Made by a program: the position numbers and the translations under genes
Assembly: GCA_964360965.1 (NCBI GenBank)
Contig: CAYHYM010000002.1
Span: 1,311 to 65,310 of the forward strand
From: an uncultured Gammaproteobacteria bacterium
Lineage (GTDB): Bacteria > Patescibacteriota > Microgenomatia > Daviesbacterales > UBA10151
DNA length: 64,000 nt
Reading direction: 5' to 3'
Part shown: positions 47,515 through 57,427 of the stretch, piece after piece
Numbering within the stretch: the first letter of the stretch is position 1
Layout of the letters: each line of letters opens with the position of its first letter
The notes under the pieces: model-generated
The model's database searches: none
Told to the model about the DNA's origin: nothing
Seen by the model: only the letters and a program-made list of their open reading frames with translations

Positions 47515-48216
47515 TTGACAAATGAGTTCGAACCATATATGATGGTTGTGAAACCCATGCCCTATTCCATAGATACTAAAGAAAAAGCAATATCCCTTCG
47601 AAAACAGGGATACTCCATAAAAGAAGTTGCAGCACTACTCAATATAGCACAAAGCACATCTTCTTTATGGTTAAGGGAGATAATACTTTCACCTCAAGCA
47701 CAAGATCGCCTCAGAGATAGGAAAATTCTAGGGCAATATAAAGCTATTGAAACTCATAGAAAAAAGAGGTTATCTGTAATAAATGGATTCCATAAAATAG
47801 CTCTGGATGAATTATCAAAGGTTAAATTTAATAAAGCTATATATAAACTTTTGTGTGCGCTCTTTTTCTGGACAGAGGGAGGGAGATCAACAGATAGCTA
47901 TGTATATTTTATTAACTCTGATCCTGTTATGGTAAAAACTTTTGTCAAACTTCTTCATCTGTCTTTCCCTATTGAAGAAAGAAAACTGCGTGCTATGGTC
48001 CAAATACACGAGTATCATAACGATGTCGATACCAAGAAATTTTGGTCAGAAATAACACAAATTCCTGTTGGTCAATTCTCTAAAAGTTATTTAAAACCTC
48101 ATACAGGAAAAAGGATTAGAGACGGATACCAAGGAAGTATAAGAATAAGATATTACGATTATAAGATTGCATTAGAACTACGCGCATTCTATAATGTGTT
48201 GGCTCAAATAATATAG
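47515..48216 (+). CDS. HTH-domain protein, possible degenerate LAGLIDADG-type homing-endonuclease-like protein abutting tRNA-Trp
   Basis: N-terminal HTH (YSIKEVAALLNIAQSTSSLW). LFFWTEGGRS weakly resembles LAGLIDADG. Stop codon overlaps the first nt of tRNA-Trp. Confidence 0.35.
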   Translation: MTNEFEPYMMVVKPMPYSIDTKEKAISLRKQGYSIKEVAALLNIAQSTSSLWLREIILSPQAQDRLRDRKILGQYKAIETHRKKRLSVINGFHKIALDELSKVKFNKAIYKLLCALFFWTEGGRSTDSYVYFINSDPVMVKTFVKLLHLSFPIEERKLRAMVQIHEYHNDVDTKKFWSEITQIPVGQFSKSYLKPHTGKRIRDGYQGSIRIRYYDYKIALELRAFYNVLAQII

Positions 48217-48259
48217 GGGTGTAGCTCAGTTGGTAGAGCACTCGTCTCCAAAACGAGCG
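48215..48259 (+). tRNA. tRNA-Trp (anticodon CCA); only 48215..48259 given
   Basis: Acceptor aggggtg/cgcccct. Anticodon arm ctcgt-ctCCAaa-acgag. T-arm gtagg-ttcgact-cctac. Discriminator G at 48259; the 3' CCA is not fully encoded. The acceptor 5' end is read as starting at the a at 48215. Confidence 0.8.
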
Positions 48260-48344
48260 GTCGTAGGTTCGACTCCTACCGCCCCTGCAAAATCTATCTA
48301 TACAATGTATTGACAATTAATGTACAAAAGGTTACTATACTCAT

Positions 48345-48647
48345 GTGGCTTTTGGTATTAAGTTTAATGAGGAAAAAAATGAATTACTGAAAGCTACAAG
48401 AAAAGTTAGTTTTGAGGATGTCTTGGAGGCTTTCAAGGAAGAGAAACTGTTAGCTGATATTGCTCACCCAAGTCAAAAGCATCCTCATCAGAAATTATAT
48501 GTAATAGAAATTAAAGGGTATGCATATGCAGTTCCCTATGTTTTAGATACTAGAAAACAAGAAATATTTTTGAAAACAGTCTATCCAAGTAGAACGTTGA
48601 CAAAAATATATTTGAAAGGTGAAAAGTATGAAAAAAAGAAAAAGTAA
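48345..48647 (+). CDS. brnT: BrnT-like type II toxin (DUF497 ribonuclease)
   Basis: IKFNEEKNELLKATRKVSFEDVLEAF matches the BrnT signature FEWDE.KN..N..KHGVSFEEA. Confidence 0.7.
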   Translation: MAFGIKFNEEKNELLKATRKVSFEDVLEAFKEEKLLADIAHPSQKHPHQKLYVIEIKGYAYAVPYVLDTRKQEIFLKTVYPSRTLTKIYLKGEKYEKKKK

Positions 48648-48936
48648 TCTTTTTGATAATTTGCTTTTAGATAAGCAAGAAAAACTACTGGAAGAATCCT
48701 TGGAAAGAGGCGAATTTGAGGACAGTCCTAATTTTGAAAATACTAAGAGAATGTTGCAGGAAGCGGCAACCCGGTATTCGGAGTTGCATACTTCCAAACC
48801 AGTTACACTTAGGATCAACCAACTTGATTTAATTAAAATTAAAGCCAAAGCCAAACGAAAACAAATCCCCTATCAAACGCTGATCGGGGCTTTACTTCAT
48901 GAGTATGCTGTAGGAGAAAAAGATTTAAGTCTATAA
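48619..48936 (+). CDS. brnA: BrnA-like antitoxin
   Basis: C-terminal IKIKAKAKRKQIPYQTLIGALLHEYAVG matches the BrnA motif KAKA...GIPYQTLI..LH.YA.G. Overlaps brnT. Confidence 0.7.
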   Translation: MKSMKKRKSNLFDNLLLDKQEKLLEESLERGEFEDSPNFENTKRMLQEAATRYSELHTSKPVTLRINQLDLIKIKAKAKRKQIPYQTLIGALLHEYAVGEKDLSL

Positions 48937-48958
48937 TACCTTCCAACATAGTCCTTCG
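48931..48958. repeat. direct repeat copy 1 (ctataataccttccaacatagtScttcg)
   Basis: Starts at the brnA stop codon. Second copy at 49818-49847. Together they bracket the 49117-49653 gene. Confidence 0.7.
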
Positions 48959-49116
48959 ATAAACTCACCATAAATTCACCAAGACCTGCCCAGTGTGCTT
49001 ATTTTGGACTATAATAGCAAGCTTTTCTAGGATCGCTCTAAATCAAGTCCCTAAATCCTAATAAAGGTTGACGCTTTGGAACTGCTACCTTTTTGATACA
49101 TCTTGAAAAGATATTA

Positions 49117-49653
49117 TTACTCTGCTTTTTTTGCAATTTCCCTAGGTTGATCCAAGAAATCATCTCTTAACCATAATCCTCCTACCCGTAAAATGGTCTC
49201 GATATTTAAGGCATTTTTATAGACATATTCCTTGACTGGATTCATCATTGCATCTTCTTTTAGAGAAAGTAAAACATTCCTAGCTGTTTCTTGAACATCA
49301 TATTCTGTATAATCTTTTGGTAAAGAATTTTTAAGATTCTTCAATAAAAATTCTTTACTCTCATCAAGAATTTTCTCTAAGCCACTTTCTCTAATTAACA
49401 TTGCACCATATTCTGTAGGCTGTAACGGGCTACCTGGTGCCTCTGTTAGTAAATGATCTAACTGAATTCCAGCACTTCTGAAATAAGTTTGAATTTCGAT
49501 AATAGCATTGCCCATCCTCTTAATGGATCTACCTAGAGGATCGAGCTTACGATTCAAAATAATCACTATGAAAAAAGCTAGAATAAGAAATGGTGTAATA
49601 TTACTTGGGGTAATCCCCACATATTTTAGAAATTCAAAAATTTCACTTAACAT
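49117..49653 (-). CDS. hypothetical membrane-anchored protein, flanked by 28-30-bp direct repeats
   Basis: N-terminal TM (ITPFLILAFFIVIIL). No motif recognised. Confidence 0.5.
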   Translation of the reverse strand: MLSEIFEFLKYVGITPSNITPFLILAFFIVIILNRKLDPLGRSIKRMGNAIIEIQTYFRSAGIQLDHLLTEAPGSPLQPTEYGAMLIRESGLEKILDESKEFLLKNLKNSLPKDYTEYDVQETARNVLLSLKEDAMMNPVKEYVYKNALNIETILRVGGLWLRDDFLDQPREIAKKAE

Positions 49654-49817
49654 TCTTTTCTCCCTCCCATCTAGCCATTATAATCTTGATTGTAACGTTT
49701 GGGTACTAATATTAAAAGTATCAAACTATCCCACCCATTTCGATTAAGCTATTACAGATTTATAAATCGATAAGATAAGCTAGGCATAGCTTTGAAGTAG
49801 AATAAATCTATTATTTT

Positions 49818-49847
49818 CTCTATAATACCTTCCAACATAGTGCTTCG
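49818..49847. repeat. direct repeat copy 2
   Basis: ctctataataccttccaacatagtgcttcg. Confidence 0.7.
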
Positions 49848-49938
49848 GCTTCGCTCAGTATAAATTTACCCTTCGGTAAACTCAGGACAAGCCAGGGCCT
49901 GCATATCAGAACGAACTTGACTATGTTAACATATAAGT

Positions 49939-51252
49939 ATGGCTGATGATCCACCAAGAAAGCAGCATGAGCATGCCTCTTTGATTTTCCCCAAAGACTT
50001 TTTATGGGGAACTGCCACATCTGCCCATCAGGTAGAAGGGAACAACTTTTTTAATGATTGGTGGGACTGGGAAATACGCCATCAGCCTTTATCCATGCGC
50101 TCAGGGCGAGCCTGTGACCAATATCATTTATATGAAAAAGATTTTAATCTGGCCCGCTCTTTGGGCCATAATGCCCACAGGTTATCTATTGAATGGTCCA
50201 GGATAGAACCCGAAGAAGGAAAATTTGATGAGGCTGAAATTGAGCATTATGTTAAGTTACTTAAATACCTTAAATCGCTTAATTTTAAGGTGATGTTGAC
50301 TCTTTGGCACTTTACACTTCCGAAGTGGTTAGCAGATAGGGGTGGCTGGGAAAATGGTAAAACTGTTGATTATTTCATCAGATTTGTGGAAAAAATTGTA
50401 CCCAAACTAAAAGATGATATTGATCTATGGATCACCATCAATGAACCTGGAGTGGCTGTTTCTCAGGGGTATTTAGTGGCTGTTTGGCCTCCCCAAAAAA
50501 AGAGCAAATGGGCTGCTTTGAAAGCCTACTGGAATATGACCCAAGCTCACAAAAAAGCTTATAAAATCATCCATAGACTGGTACCAGACGCTCAAGTTGG
50601 TATAGCCAATAACCTAGCTTCTTTTGATGCCTTTCATCACCACTCGGTCTTAGAAGGAATCTCTGAATGGGGACTAGATATTATTAATAATCACCTATTT
50701 TATAAATTAACAGGCATGGGAACCCATGATTTTTTAGGCATTAACTATTACTTTAATCAGTATATTAGCTTCAGTGGCAAATCCAGATTTCCTTCCCTGG
50801 TTGATATCTCAACCACTAAAAAAGATGTTTCTGATATGGGATGGGAGATCTATCCGGAGGGGATGTTTGACATATTGATGGACTTTTCTGATTATCACAA
50901 ACCGATGTATATTACTGAAAATGGTTTGGCTTCTACCAATGATGATCGTAGGGTTAGGTTTTTACTCTCTTATCTTAAAGAAATTTATCATGCCATCCAA
51001 ACAGGAGCGGATGTGAAAGGATATTTTCATTGGAGTCTAATTGATAACTTTGAATGGACAGACGGCTTTACCCCCAGATTTGGTCTGATGGAAGTTGACT
51101 ATTCTACTCAGAAGCGTATTCCCAGACCCTCAGCTTATGTTTATCAAGAAATTATTAAGCATAATGGTATAGAACATAAAATGTTAAAACTACTTGGCCA
51201 TGGATTAAATGTAGAAGAGGAGCTAAAAAAGATGGCCAAAAAGGATCATTAA
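49939..51252 (+). CDS. glycoside hydrolase family 1 beta-glucosidase/beta-galactosidase
   Basis: GH1 N-terminal signature FLWGTATSAHQVEG. Acid/base region TINEP and nucleophile motif ITENG. Confidence 0.85.
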   Translation: MADDPPRKQHEHASLIFPKDFLWGTATSAHQVEGNNFFNDWWDWEIRHQPLSMRSGRACDQYHLYEKDFNLARSLGHNAHRLSIEWSRIEPEEGKFDEAEIEHYVKLLKYLKSLNFKVMLTLWHFTLPKWLADRGGWENGKTVDYFIRFVEKIVPKLKDDIDLWITINEPGVAVSQGYLVAVWPPQKKSKWAALKAYWNMTQAHKKAYKIIHRLVPDAQVGIANNLASFDAFHHHSVLEGISEWGLDIINNHLFYKLTGMGTHDFLGINYYFNQYISFSGKSRFPSLVDISTTKKDVSDMGWEIYPEGMFDILMDFSDYHKPMYITENGLASTNDDRRVRFLLSYLKEIYHAIQTGADVKGYFHWSLIDNFEWTDGFTPRFGLMEVDYSTQKRIPRPSAYVYQEIIKHNGIEHKMLKLLGHGLNVEEELKKMAKKDH

Positions 51253-51809
51253 TGACTGAACAAGTACAACCCCCTGATTTTCGTAGGCAGCTCTGGATTG
51301 ATCTTCTTAAAGCGGCGCGGGAAGGTAGACCAATCAGTGAACAGGACAAGAAGGCCTTAGAGTTAAGAAAGTTATGTCTTCAGGTAGCTGATACTTTAAC
51401 AGATTTAGTGATTGATCCTAAGATTGAAAATAGTGTAGAAGAGGCTGAACTAGTTGCTAAGCTAGCAGATGAGTTACAAAACATCAAAGAATATGGTGTT
51501 GTAGGCAGTATGCATGTAGGGGACCCCCCAGAATCATTTAATACTACCCTCAAAATGACTGAATATCTGGCAGGACAAATTATAAACGCATTGGAACAAG
51601 CAACTTTAGTTACACCTACCCAGATTAATCCTCAACTAGAAGAATTTAGTGAGGTCTACCAGAAAACACCAGATGGAGTAATGGCTATGATGAATAGTGA
51701 CTATATCTCTCCAAACGTGACTGATTTTACTGTAATAGTTGGAGTTAGAAATTTAACACGCGCAAGACTTTACGCTGACTTAGAAAGTTCTCTAGAAAAT
51801 CAGACCTAA
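51252..51809 (+). CDS. hypothetical protein
   Basis: 185-aa ORF. ATGA overlap with the GH1 stop. Confidence 0.5.
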   Translation: MTEQVQPPDFRRQLWIDLLKAAREGRPISEQDKKALELRKLCLQVADTLTDLVIDPKIENSVEEAELVAKLADELQNIKEYGVVGSMHVGDPPESFNTTLKMTEYLAGQIINALEQATLVTPTQINPQLEEFSEVYQKTPDGVMAMMNSDYISPNVTDFTVIVGVRNLTRARLYADLESSLENQT

Positions 51810-51865
51810 GAATAAAAAGGCGTAGCTTGAATGCTACAGTGTCCACATAGTATGGTAAATACAGT

Positions 51866-52762
51866 ATGAATTTTTTAACTATTACTGTCTTAGGTTATGC
51901 CTTAAATGGTTTGACTGTCTTAATTGATAAAATTTTACTCAATAAAGCTCTGCCACACCCCATTATTTATACCTTTTATATCTCTGTGATGGGTTTTGTG
52001 ACGATTTTTTTTGCCCCCTTTGGATTTCACCTAAATTTTGGAGTAGCGCTCTGGGGCACCCTAGCTGGTATTTTTGGAGTTTTGGGTACTGTTGCCTATT
52101 TTGAAAGTTTAAAACATGGAGAAGCTTCCACGGTCCCAGCTGTAATTGGGGCTCTAAATCCTATTTTTACTCTCATTTTAGGCTTTGCCCTATTTAAAGA
52201 TACTTTAACTACTACCCAAATTTTAGCTTTTTTTACTTTACTTTTGGGAGCAGCTATTTTAACTACTAAGTACTGGATGAAAGTAAGAGTAAATAAACAA
52301 CTAGCTTTGATGTTCCTGTCAGGATTTTTATTTGCCCTGACAGCTTTAACCTTAAGAGAGTCTTTTTTAGCTAGTAATTTTATCTCAGGACTAGTAGTTA
52401 GTAGAGTAGCTGGAGGTTTGTTAGTGCTGCCACTTCTTTTTTCCTCTCATTTTAGAATCCAGATATTTGCTTCAAGGTTAACTAAACACCACTTTGCTAA
52501 TAAAACCTCTATGCTTTTATTAGGGGGGCAGTTAATGGGAGCTGTAGGAGGACTCCTTCTGACCTTTGCTATCTCCCTAGAAAATCCAGCTTTAGTTAAT
52601 TCCCTGTTTGGAGTTCAATATCTGGTTATTCTAACAGTAGCTTTGAGTTTATATAAAAAGCATCCTCATCTTTTCGATGAGAGATTAACCAAATCTGTGG
52701 TCATTCAAAAAATTATAGGAGTATTATTTTTAAGTCTTGGTCTTTACCTACTGGCAACATAA
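51866..52762 (+). CDS. EamA/DMT-superfamily transporter
   Basis: Ten predicted TM helices in two repeat halves. Confidence 0.7.
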   Translation: MNFLTITVLGYALNGLTVLIDKILLNKALPHPIIYTFYISVMGFVTIFFAPFGFHLNFGVALWGTLAGIFGVLGTVAYFESLKHGEASTVPAVIGALNPIFTLILGFALFKDTLTTTQILAFFTLLLGAAILTTKYWMKVRVNKQLALMFLSGFLFALTALTLRESFLASNFISGLVVSRVAGGLLVLPLLFSSHFRIQIFASRLTKHHFANKTSMLLLGGQLMGAVGGLLLTFAISLENPALVNSLFGVQYLVILTVALSLYKKHPHLFDERLTKSVVIQKIIGVLFLSLGLYLLAT

Positions 52763-52763
52763 C

Positions 52764-53795
52764 ATGAAGAAAGTATACAAAAAGATTAACCATACAAAAC
52801 ATTTAATTATCATCGTAGCCTTGGGAATAGTTGGACTTTTTACTGTTTTAGTTATGGGTAATATTTATTATGAAAAAATTTATCCTGTCTCATCCAGTGT
52901 TCAATTTGGAGTCACTTTTTCTCCTTATTATGCTCAGGATTTAGGACAAGATTGGAAAACCACCTATTTAAGTTTAATCCAAGATTTAAAAGTTAAAAAT
53001 ATCAGATTAAATAGCTACTGGGATATCATCCAACCTGCTCCAACCCAGTTTAATTTCCAAGATTTAGATTACATGTTTGATCTGGCCAGTAAAAATAATG
53101 TTAAAGTTTTATTGATAGTGGGCATTAAACAGTCTCGCTGGCCAGAGTGTAGAATTCCAGGGTGGGCCAAGGAGCTATCTTTAGGTGAACGTCGTCAAAA
53201 AAATCTAGAGTTTATAGAGAAAGTTATCACCAGATATCAAAATAACTCCAGTTTATGGGCTTATCAGGTAGAAAATGAACCTTTGCTTAACTATGGACAT
53301 GCTTGTGATCCTCATGATAGAGATTATTTAAAACAAGAGGTGCAATTTGTTAAAAAATTAGATCCTCGAAAACCTATTATTCTAACTGATTCTGGAGAGC
53401 TAAGATTTTGGAGAACACCTATGCAGCTAGCTGATATTTTTGGTACTACCCTTTATCGTGAAACTTATAATCCCATCCTGGGCTATTTTTACTGGCCGCT
53501 ACCTCCTGCCTTTTATAATTTTAAATCTAGCTTAATTACCAAAATATTTGCCCAGGGAATTCAAAAAACCATTATTGTGGAGCTTCAAACTGAACCTTGG
53601 CTTCCTCAAGAACCCGCTAAAATACCAGTTGAGGATCAAATTGAGATTTTTGACTTAGATAATTTTAAAAATAATGTAGAGTTTGCCAGAAGAACTGGTT
53701 TTGATACCACTATTTTATGGGGGGTTGAGTGGTGGTATTATATGTCCTCAAAAAATCATCCAGAATATCTGGAATATGCCAAAACACTATTTTAA
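52764..53795 (+). CDS. membrane-anchored clan GH-A glycoside hydrolase (GH5-like TIM barrel)
   Basis: N-terminal TM. VENEPL catalytic acid/base NEP motif. Later EL.TEPW region. Confidence 0.5.
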   Translation: MKKVYKKINHTKHLIIIVALGIVGLFTVLVMGNIYYEKIYPVSSSVQFGVTFSPYYAQDLGQDWKTTYLSLIQDLKVKNIRLNSYWDIIQPAPTQFNFQDLDYMFDLASKNNVKVLLIVGIKQSRWPECRIPGWAKELSLGERRQKNLEFIEKVITRYQNNSSLWAYQVENEPLLNYGHACDPHDRDYLKQEVQFVKKLDPRKPIILTDSGELRFWRTPMQLADIFGTTLYRETYNPILGYFYWPLPPAFYNFKSSLITKIFAQGIQKTIIVELQTEPWLPQEPAKIPVEDQIEIFDLDNFKNNVEFARRTGFDTTILWGVEWWYYMSSKNHPEYLEYAKTLF

Positions 53796-53906
53796 AAAGA
53801 GCTGTCCCTGAGGTGTATCTCATCTTCTGCTAAATTCCCTCTTGCATAAATTCAATTCAATTTATAAAATGCCCTCAAAGAGAGAGTAGAATGCCTGCAG
53901 GTAAAA

Positions 53907-56129
53907 ATGAACAAGTTCTTGCTCCGCCCCCTATCCCTTGTCCTTCTTTTGTCCCAATTTATCTTGATTAAAATAGGTGAGTTGCCTTTTTGGCTAATTA
54001 GCAGGACGCTTGCGTTAGCAAGCAAGAGAGTGAGGTTGCCGGCCGAAGCGTTCCGCTGGCATCGTGGTCGTGGCCGTCCACCCAAATTATGGAATAAAAT
54101 TCCCCAAAAAATTAAGATCATTACCTCTATAGCGGTTTTGGCATTAATTTTTTTTCTCTATACCAATTTTGTTTTTATGGCTGCTTATCAGTTGCCAAAC
54201 CCTGATCGTCTTACCTCCCCCACCCAACCCTTAACAACTGAAATTTATGACAGAAAGGGACAGCTTTTATACAGGCTTTATGAGGACAGAAACAGAAGCC
54301 TGATTAAATTTGAAGATTTGCCAAAATATCTGATACATGCCACTATTGCCATAGAAGATAAAAATTTTTATCAGCATCTAGGCGTAGATTCATCAGCCAT
54401 CATCCGGGCTATTTATCACAACATCACCCAAAAAAACCTGCAAGGCGCCTCCACCATTACCCAGCAACTGATCAAAAACACTCTATTAACAACCGAACAA
54501 ACATACCAGCGAAAAATAAAGGAAATTTTTTTGGCATTTTGGGCAGAGAGAATTTATTCTAAAGACCAGATTCTTAAGATGTATTTTAATGAAGCGCCAT
54601 TCGGGGGAACCGCCTGGGGAGTAGAGGCTGCCTCGCAAACTTATTTTGGGAAAACCACCCGCGATCTAAATTTGGCTGAATCAGCCTATCTGGCAGGGCT
54701 GCCGGCCTCACCCACCCAATTTTCACCTTTTACCGCATCTTTCCAGGTGGCCAAAACCCGCCAAAAAGAGGTCTTGAGCAAAATGGTGGAGGCAGGATTT
54801 ATTGACAAACTACAAGCTCATGAAGCTACAGATAAACCTTTAAACTTACTGCCCCAAAAAAACAGTATTCTGGCCCCGCACTTTGTGATGTATGTTAAAG
54901 ATTTGCTCTCTCAAAAATTCGGTCCCAGAGTGGTTTCCCAGGGTGGGTTAAAAATTACCACCACCCTGGATTTAAACCTTCAGCAAAATTTGGAAAAAAT
55001 TGTCAAAGAAGAAGTGGAAAAATTAACAGAACTTAATGTGCAAAATGGAGCAATTCTTGTAACTGACCCAAAATCCGGACAGATTCTGGCTATGGTGGGA
55101 AGTAAAGATTACTATCAGGAAAGCTTTGGTAATTTCAATGTGACAACAGCCCTGCGCCAACCAGGCTCATCCATCAAACCAGCAACCTATGCAGCGGCTT
55201 TTGAGGCAGGATACTCCCCGGGCAACACCATTTTAGATGCTCCGGTTAACTTTATTCAACCAGGCAGCAAACCTTACTCTCCCCTAAATTATGATGGTAT
55301 ATTTCATGGGCCTGTATCAATACGGGTAGCCTTAGGTTCATCTTATAATGTGCCTGCTGTAAAGATGCTCTCCACAGTGGGAATTCCCCGTATGATTGCA
55401 ACTGCCAAAAGTTTGGGGATCACCACTTTTGATCCGCCAACTGGCGGACCACAAAGGTTTGGTCTATCACTGACTCTGGGTGGTGGAGAGGTTAAAATGA
55501 TTGACATGATGGCGCTTTATGGCACATTTTCCCAGATGGGCCGATTTAATCGGCCCACACCAATTCTTAAGGTGACAGACTCAAATGGAAATGTCCTGGA
55601 AGAATACTCCAACCAGAGTATCCAAGCGCTCCAGCCTGAAATTGCCTATCTTGTAACTCACATCTTATCTGATAACAAAGCCAGAACCCCTGCTTTTGGG
55701 GCAAATTCACAGCTTTTTATCGCAGACCATCAGGTGGCTGTAAAAACCGGCACCTCTGATAATAAAAGGGATAACTGGACCTTTGGCTATACCCCTTCCT
55801 TTGTGGTGGGGGTGTGGGTGGGCAATAATGACAACTCCCCCATGAACCCTACTTTAACCTCAGGTGTAACCGGTGCCGCTCCTATTTGGAATAGGATTAT
55901 GAAGCAGCTTTTGGCAAATCATCCCTTTTTAGGATTTGTCCGTCCGGCAGGGATTGTTGAGGCGCAAATTGACGGAAGACAAGATCTGACCCTTTCCAGA
56001 AATATTCCCAAATCTTTAGTCAGGATTAGAAAAGATGGTGATAACTTTCACTATTCTGATGCCTTCTCAACGTTTGCCACCTCCTCTGCCGAGTCAAACT
56101 CGGCTAGGACGTTTGACAGTACAAATTAG
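53907..56129 (+). CDS. class A penicillin-binding protein (PBP1A; GT51 transglycosylase plus transpeptidase)
   Basis: GT51 motifs IAIEDKNFYQHLGVD and STITQQL. Transpeptidase motifs SSIK (SxxK), SYN and KTGTSD. Confidence 0.85.
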   Translation: MNKFLLRPLSLVLLLSQFILIKIGELPFWLISRTLALASKRVRLPAEAFRWHRGRGRPPKLWNKIPQKIKIITSIAVLALIFFLYTNFVFMAAYQLPNPDRLTSPTQPLTTEIYDRKGQLLYRLYEDRNRSLIKFEDLPKYLIHATIAIEDKNFYQHLGVDSSAIIRAIYHNITQKNLQGASTITQQLIKNTLLTTEQTYQRKIKEIFLAFWAERIYSKDQILKMYFNEAPFGGTAWGVEAASQTYFGKTTRDLNLAESAYLAGLPASPTQFSPFTASFQVAKTRQKEVLSKMVEAGFIDKLQAHEATDKPLNLLPQKNSILAPHFVMYVKDLLSQKFGPRVVSQGGLKITTTLDLNLQQNLEKIVKEEVEKLTELNVQNGAILVTDPKSGQILAMVGSKDYYQESFGNFNVTTALRQPGSSIKPATYAAAFEAGYSPGNTILDAPVNFIQPGSKPYSPLNYDGIFHGPVSIRVALGSSYNVPAVKMLSTVGIPRMIATAKSLGITTFDPPTGGPQRFGLSLTLGGGEVKMIDMMALYGTFSQMGRFNRPTPILKVTDSNGNVLEEYSNQSIQALQPEIAYLVTHILSDNKARTPAFGANSQLFIADHQVAVKTGTSDNKRDNWTFGYTPSFVVGVWVGNNDNSPMNPTLTSGVTGAAPIWNRIMKQLLANHPFLGFVRPAGIVEAQIDGRQDLTLSRNIPKSLVRIRKDGDNFHYSDAFSTFATSSAESNSARTFDSTN

Positions 56130-56157
56130 CTGGTTACGCACGCAAGGCCTGGCCTCC

Positions 56158-56550
56158 CTACTCACCCAGCGCCACCCAGCCTCTTAGGTCTTTTTTTGAA
56201 AGTTTGAGGGGTGAGGTAATAAAAGGATCAACTTCCCCTATAAAAATTAAAGTGCCATATTTGGCAGTTTCTTTACCTTTCCAGTAACTTTCATCAACAG
56301 CTAACTTACTTCCATACTTTTCCCTGACCTCCCCGATATCCCCAACCTCTAACCCATCATAAAAGATCACTTTTTTTACTCTAAATTGACCGATTGGATC
56401 TTTTCCAGAAGGCTTTATATAAACCAAATCCCCTGCTGATATCTGGCCAAAAGGTGGATCGCGCCTTTTAGAAAACCTGCTTTCAATAGTTTTTTTACCG
56501 GATAAAATTAACTCCCCCACATCATTTTTAAAAATAGCCAGATGTTTCAT
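56158..56550 (-). CDS. ASCH (PUA-like) domain protein
   Basis: ILSGKKTIESR matches the ASCH core. Confidence 0.65.
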   Translation of the reverse strand: MKHLAIFKNDVGELILSGKKTIESRFSKRRDPPFGQISAGDLVYIKPSGKDPIGQFRVKKVIFYDGLEVGDIGEVREKYGSKLAVDESYWKGKETAKYGTLIFIGEVDPFITSPLKLSKKDLRGWVALGE

Positions 56551-56647
56551 AGCTTGGCCATTATATCATTTAAGAAGATATTGATTATCATATGTCTACC
56601 TGTTATACTTGACAAAGTTCCTCCAAAATTGGAGGATTTTTTATACT

Positions 56648-56842
56648 ATGAATAAAGTGATCAGCTTTTTGAATGAAGCGAAAGAAGAGTTAAATAAGGT
56701 AGCCTGGCCCACCAGGGAGCAAACTATCCGCTACACTGTTTTGGTTATTTTGGTGACTGTGGTTGTTGGGGTGGCCTTGGGAGGGTTAGACTATATATTG
56801 ACTTTACTGACTACCTTTTTAATAGAAAACTATGGAAGATAA
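56648..56842 (+). CDS. secE: preprotein translocase subunit SecE
   Basis: Start moved to MNKVISFL. KVAWPTREQ motif plus a single TM. Immediately upstream of nusG. Confidence 0.8.
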   Translation: MNKVISFLNEAKEELNKVAWPTREQTIRYTVLVILVTVVVGVALGGLDYILTLLTTFLIENYGR

Positions 56843-57389
56843 ACAAACAGGCAAAACCGATGTTCCAGGCGCCCGTTGGTATGTGGTCCATACCTATTCC
56901 GGGCATGAAAATAAAGTGTCAGCCCAGCTGAAACAAAGAATAGAATCAGAACGTCTGGAAAACAAAATTTTGGAAATTTTGGTGCCTATTCAGAACAAAA
57001 TTGAAATTAAATCAGGTAAAAAAGTAACTGTGGCTGAAAAAATTTTTCCGGGATATATTTTGGTAAAAATGGTAATGGATGAGGCTTCCTGGCTGGCTGT
57101 CAGAACCACACCAGGAGTAACCGGTTTTGTGGGTATGGGTTCAAAACCTACTCCCATCTCCGATGATGAGGTTAAAACCATCATTCAGTTTACCAAAGCA
57201 GAAACACCCATCTTCAAACAGGTATTTGAAATCTCTGATACTGTTAAAATAGTTGACGGGCCTTTTGCAGATTTTATTGGTAAAGTGGATAACGTGGATG
57301 AGGAAAGAGGCAAGGTGAAGGTATTAGTGTCCATATTCGGACGCGAGACACCGGTAGAACTTGATTTCCTACAGGTTCAAAAGATATGA
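56832..57389 (+). CDS. nusG: transcription antitermination factor NusG
   Basis: NGN domain WYVVHTYSGHENKV. C-terminal KOW. Confidence 0.9.
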   Translation: MEDKQTGKTDVPGARWYVVHTYSGHENKVSAQLKQRIESERLENKILEILVPIQNKIEIKSGKKVTVAEKIFPGYILVKMVMDEASWLAVRTTPGVTGFVGMGSKPTPISDDEVKTIIQFTKAETPIFKQVFEISDTVKIVDGPFADFIGKVDNVDEERGKVKVLVSIFGRETPVELDFLQVQKI

Positions 57390-57427
57390 CACCACTATAG
57401 TGGTGAGCGAGCGAAGCGAGTCGAACC

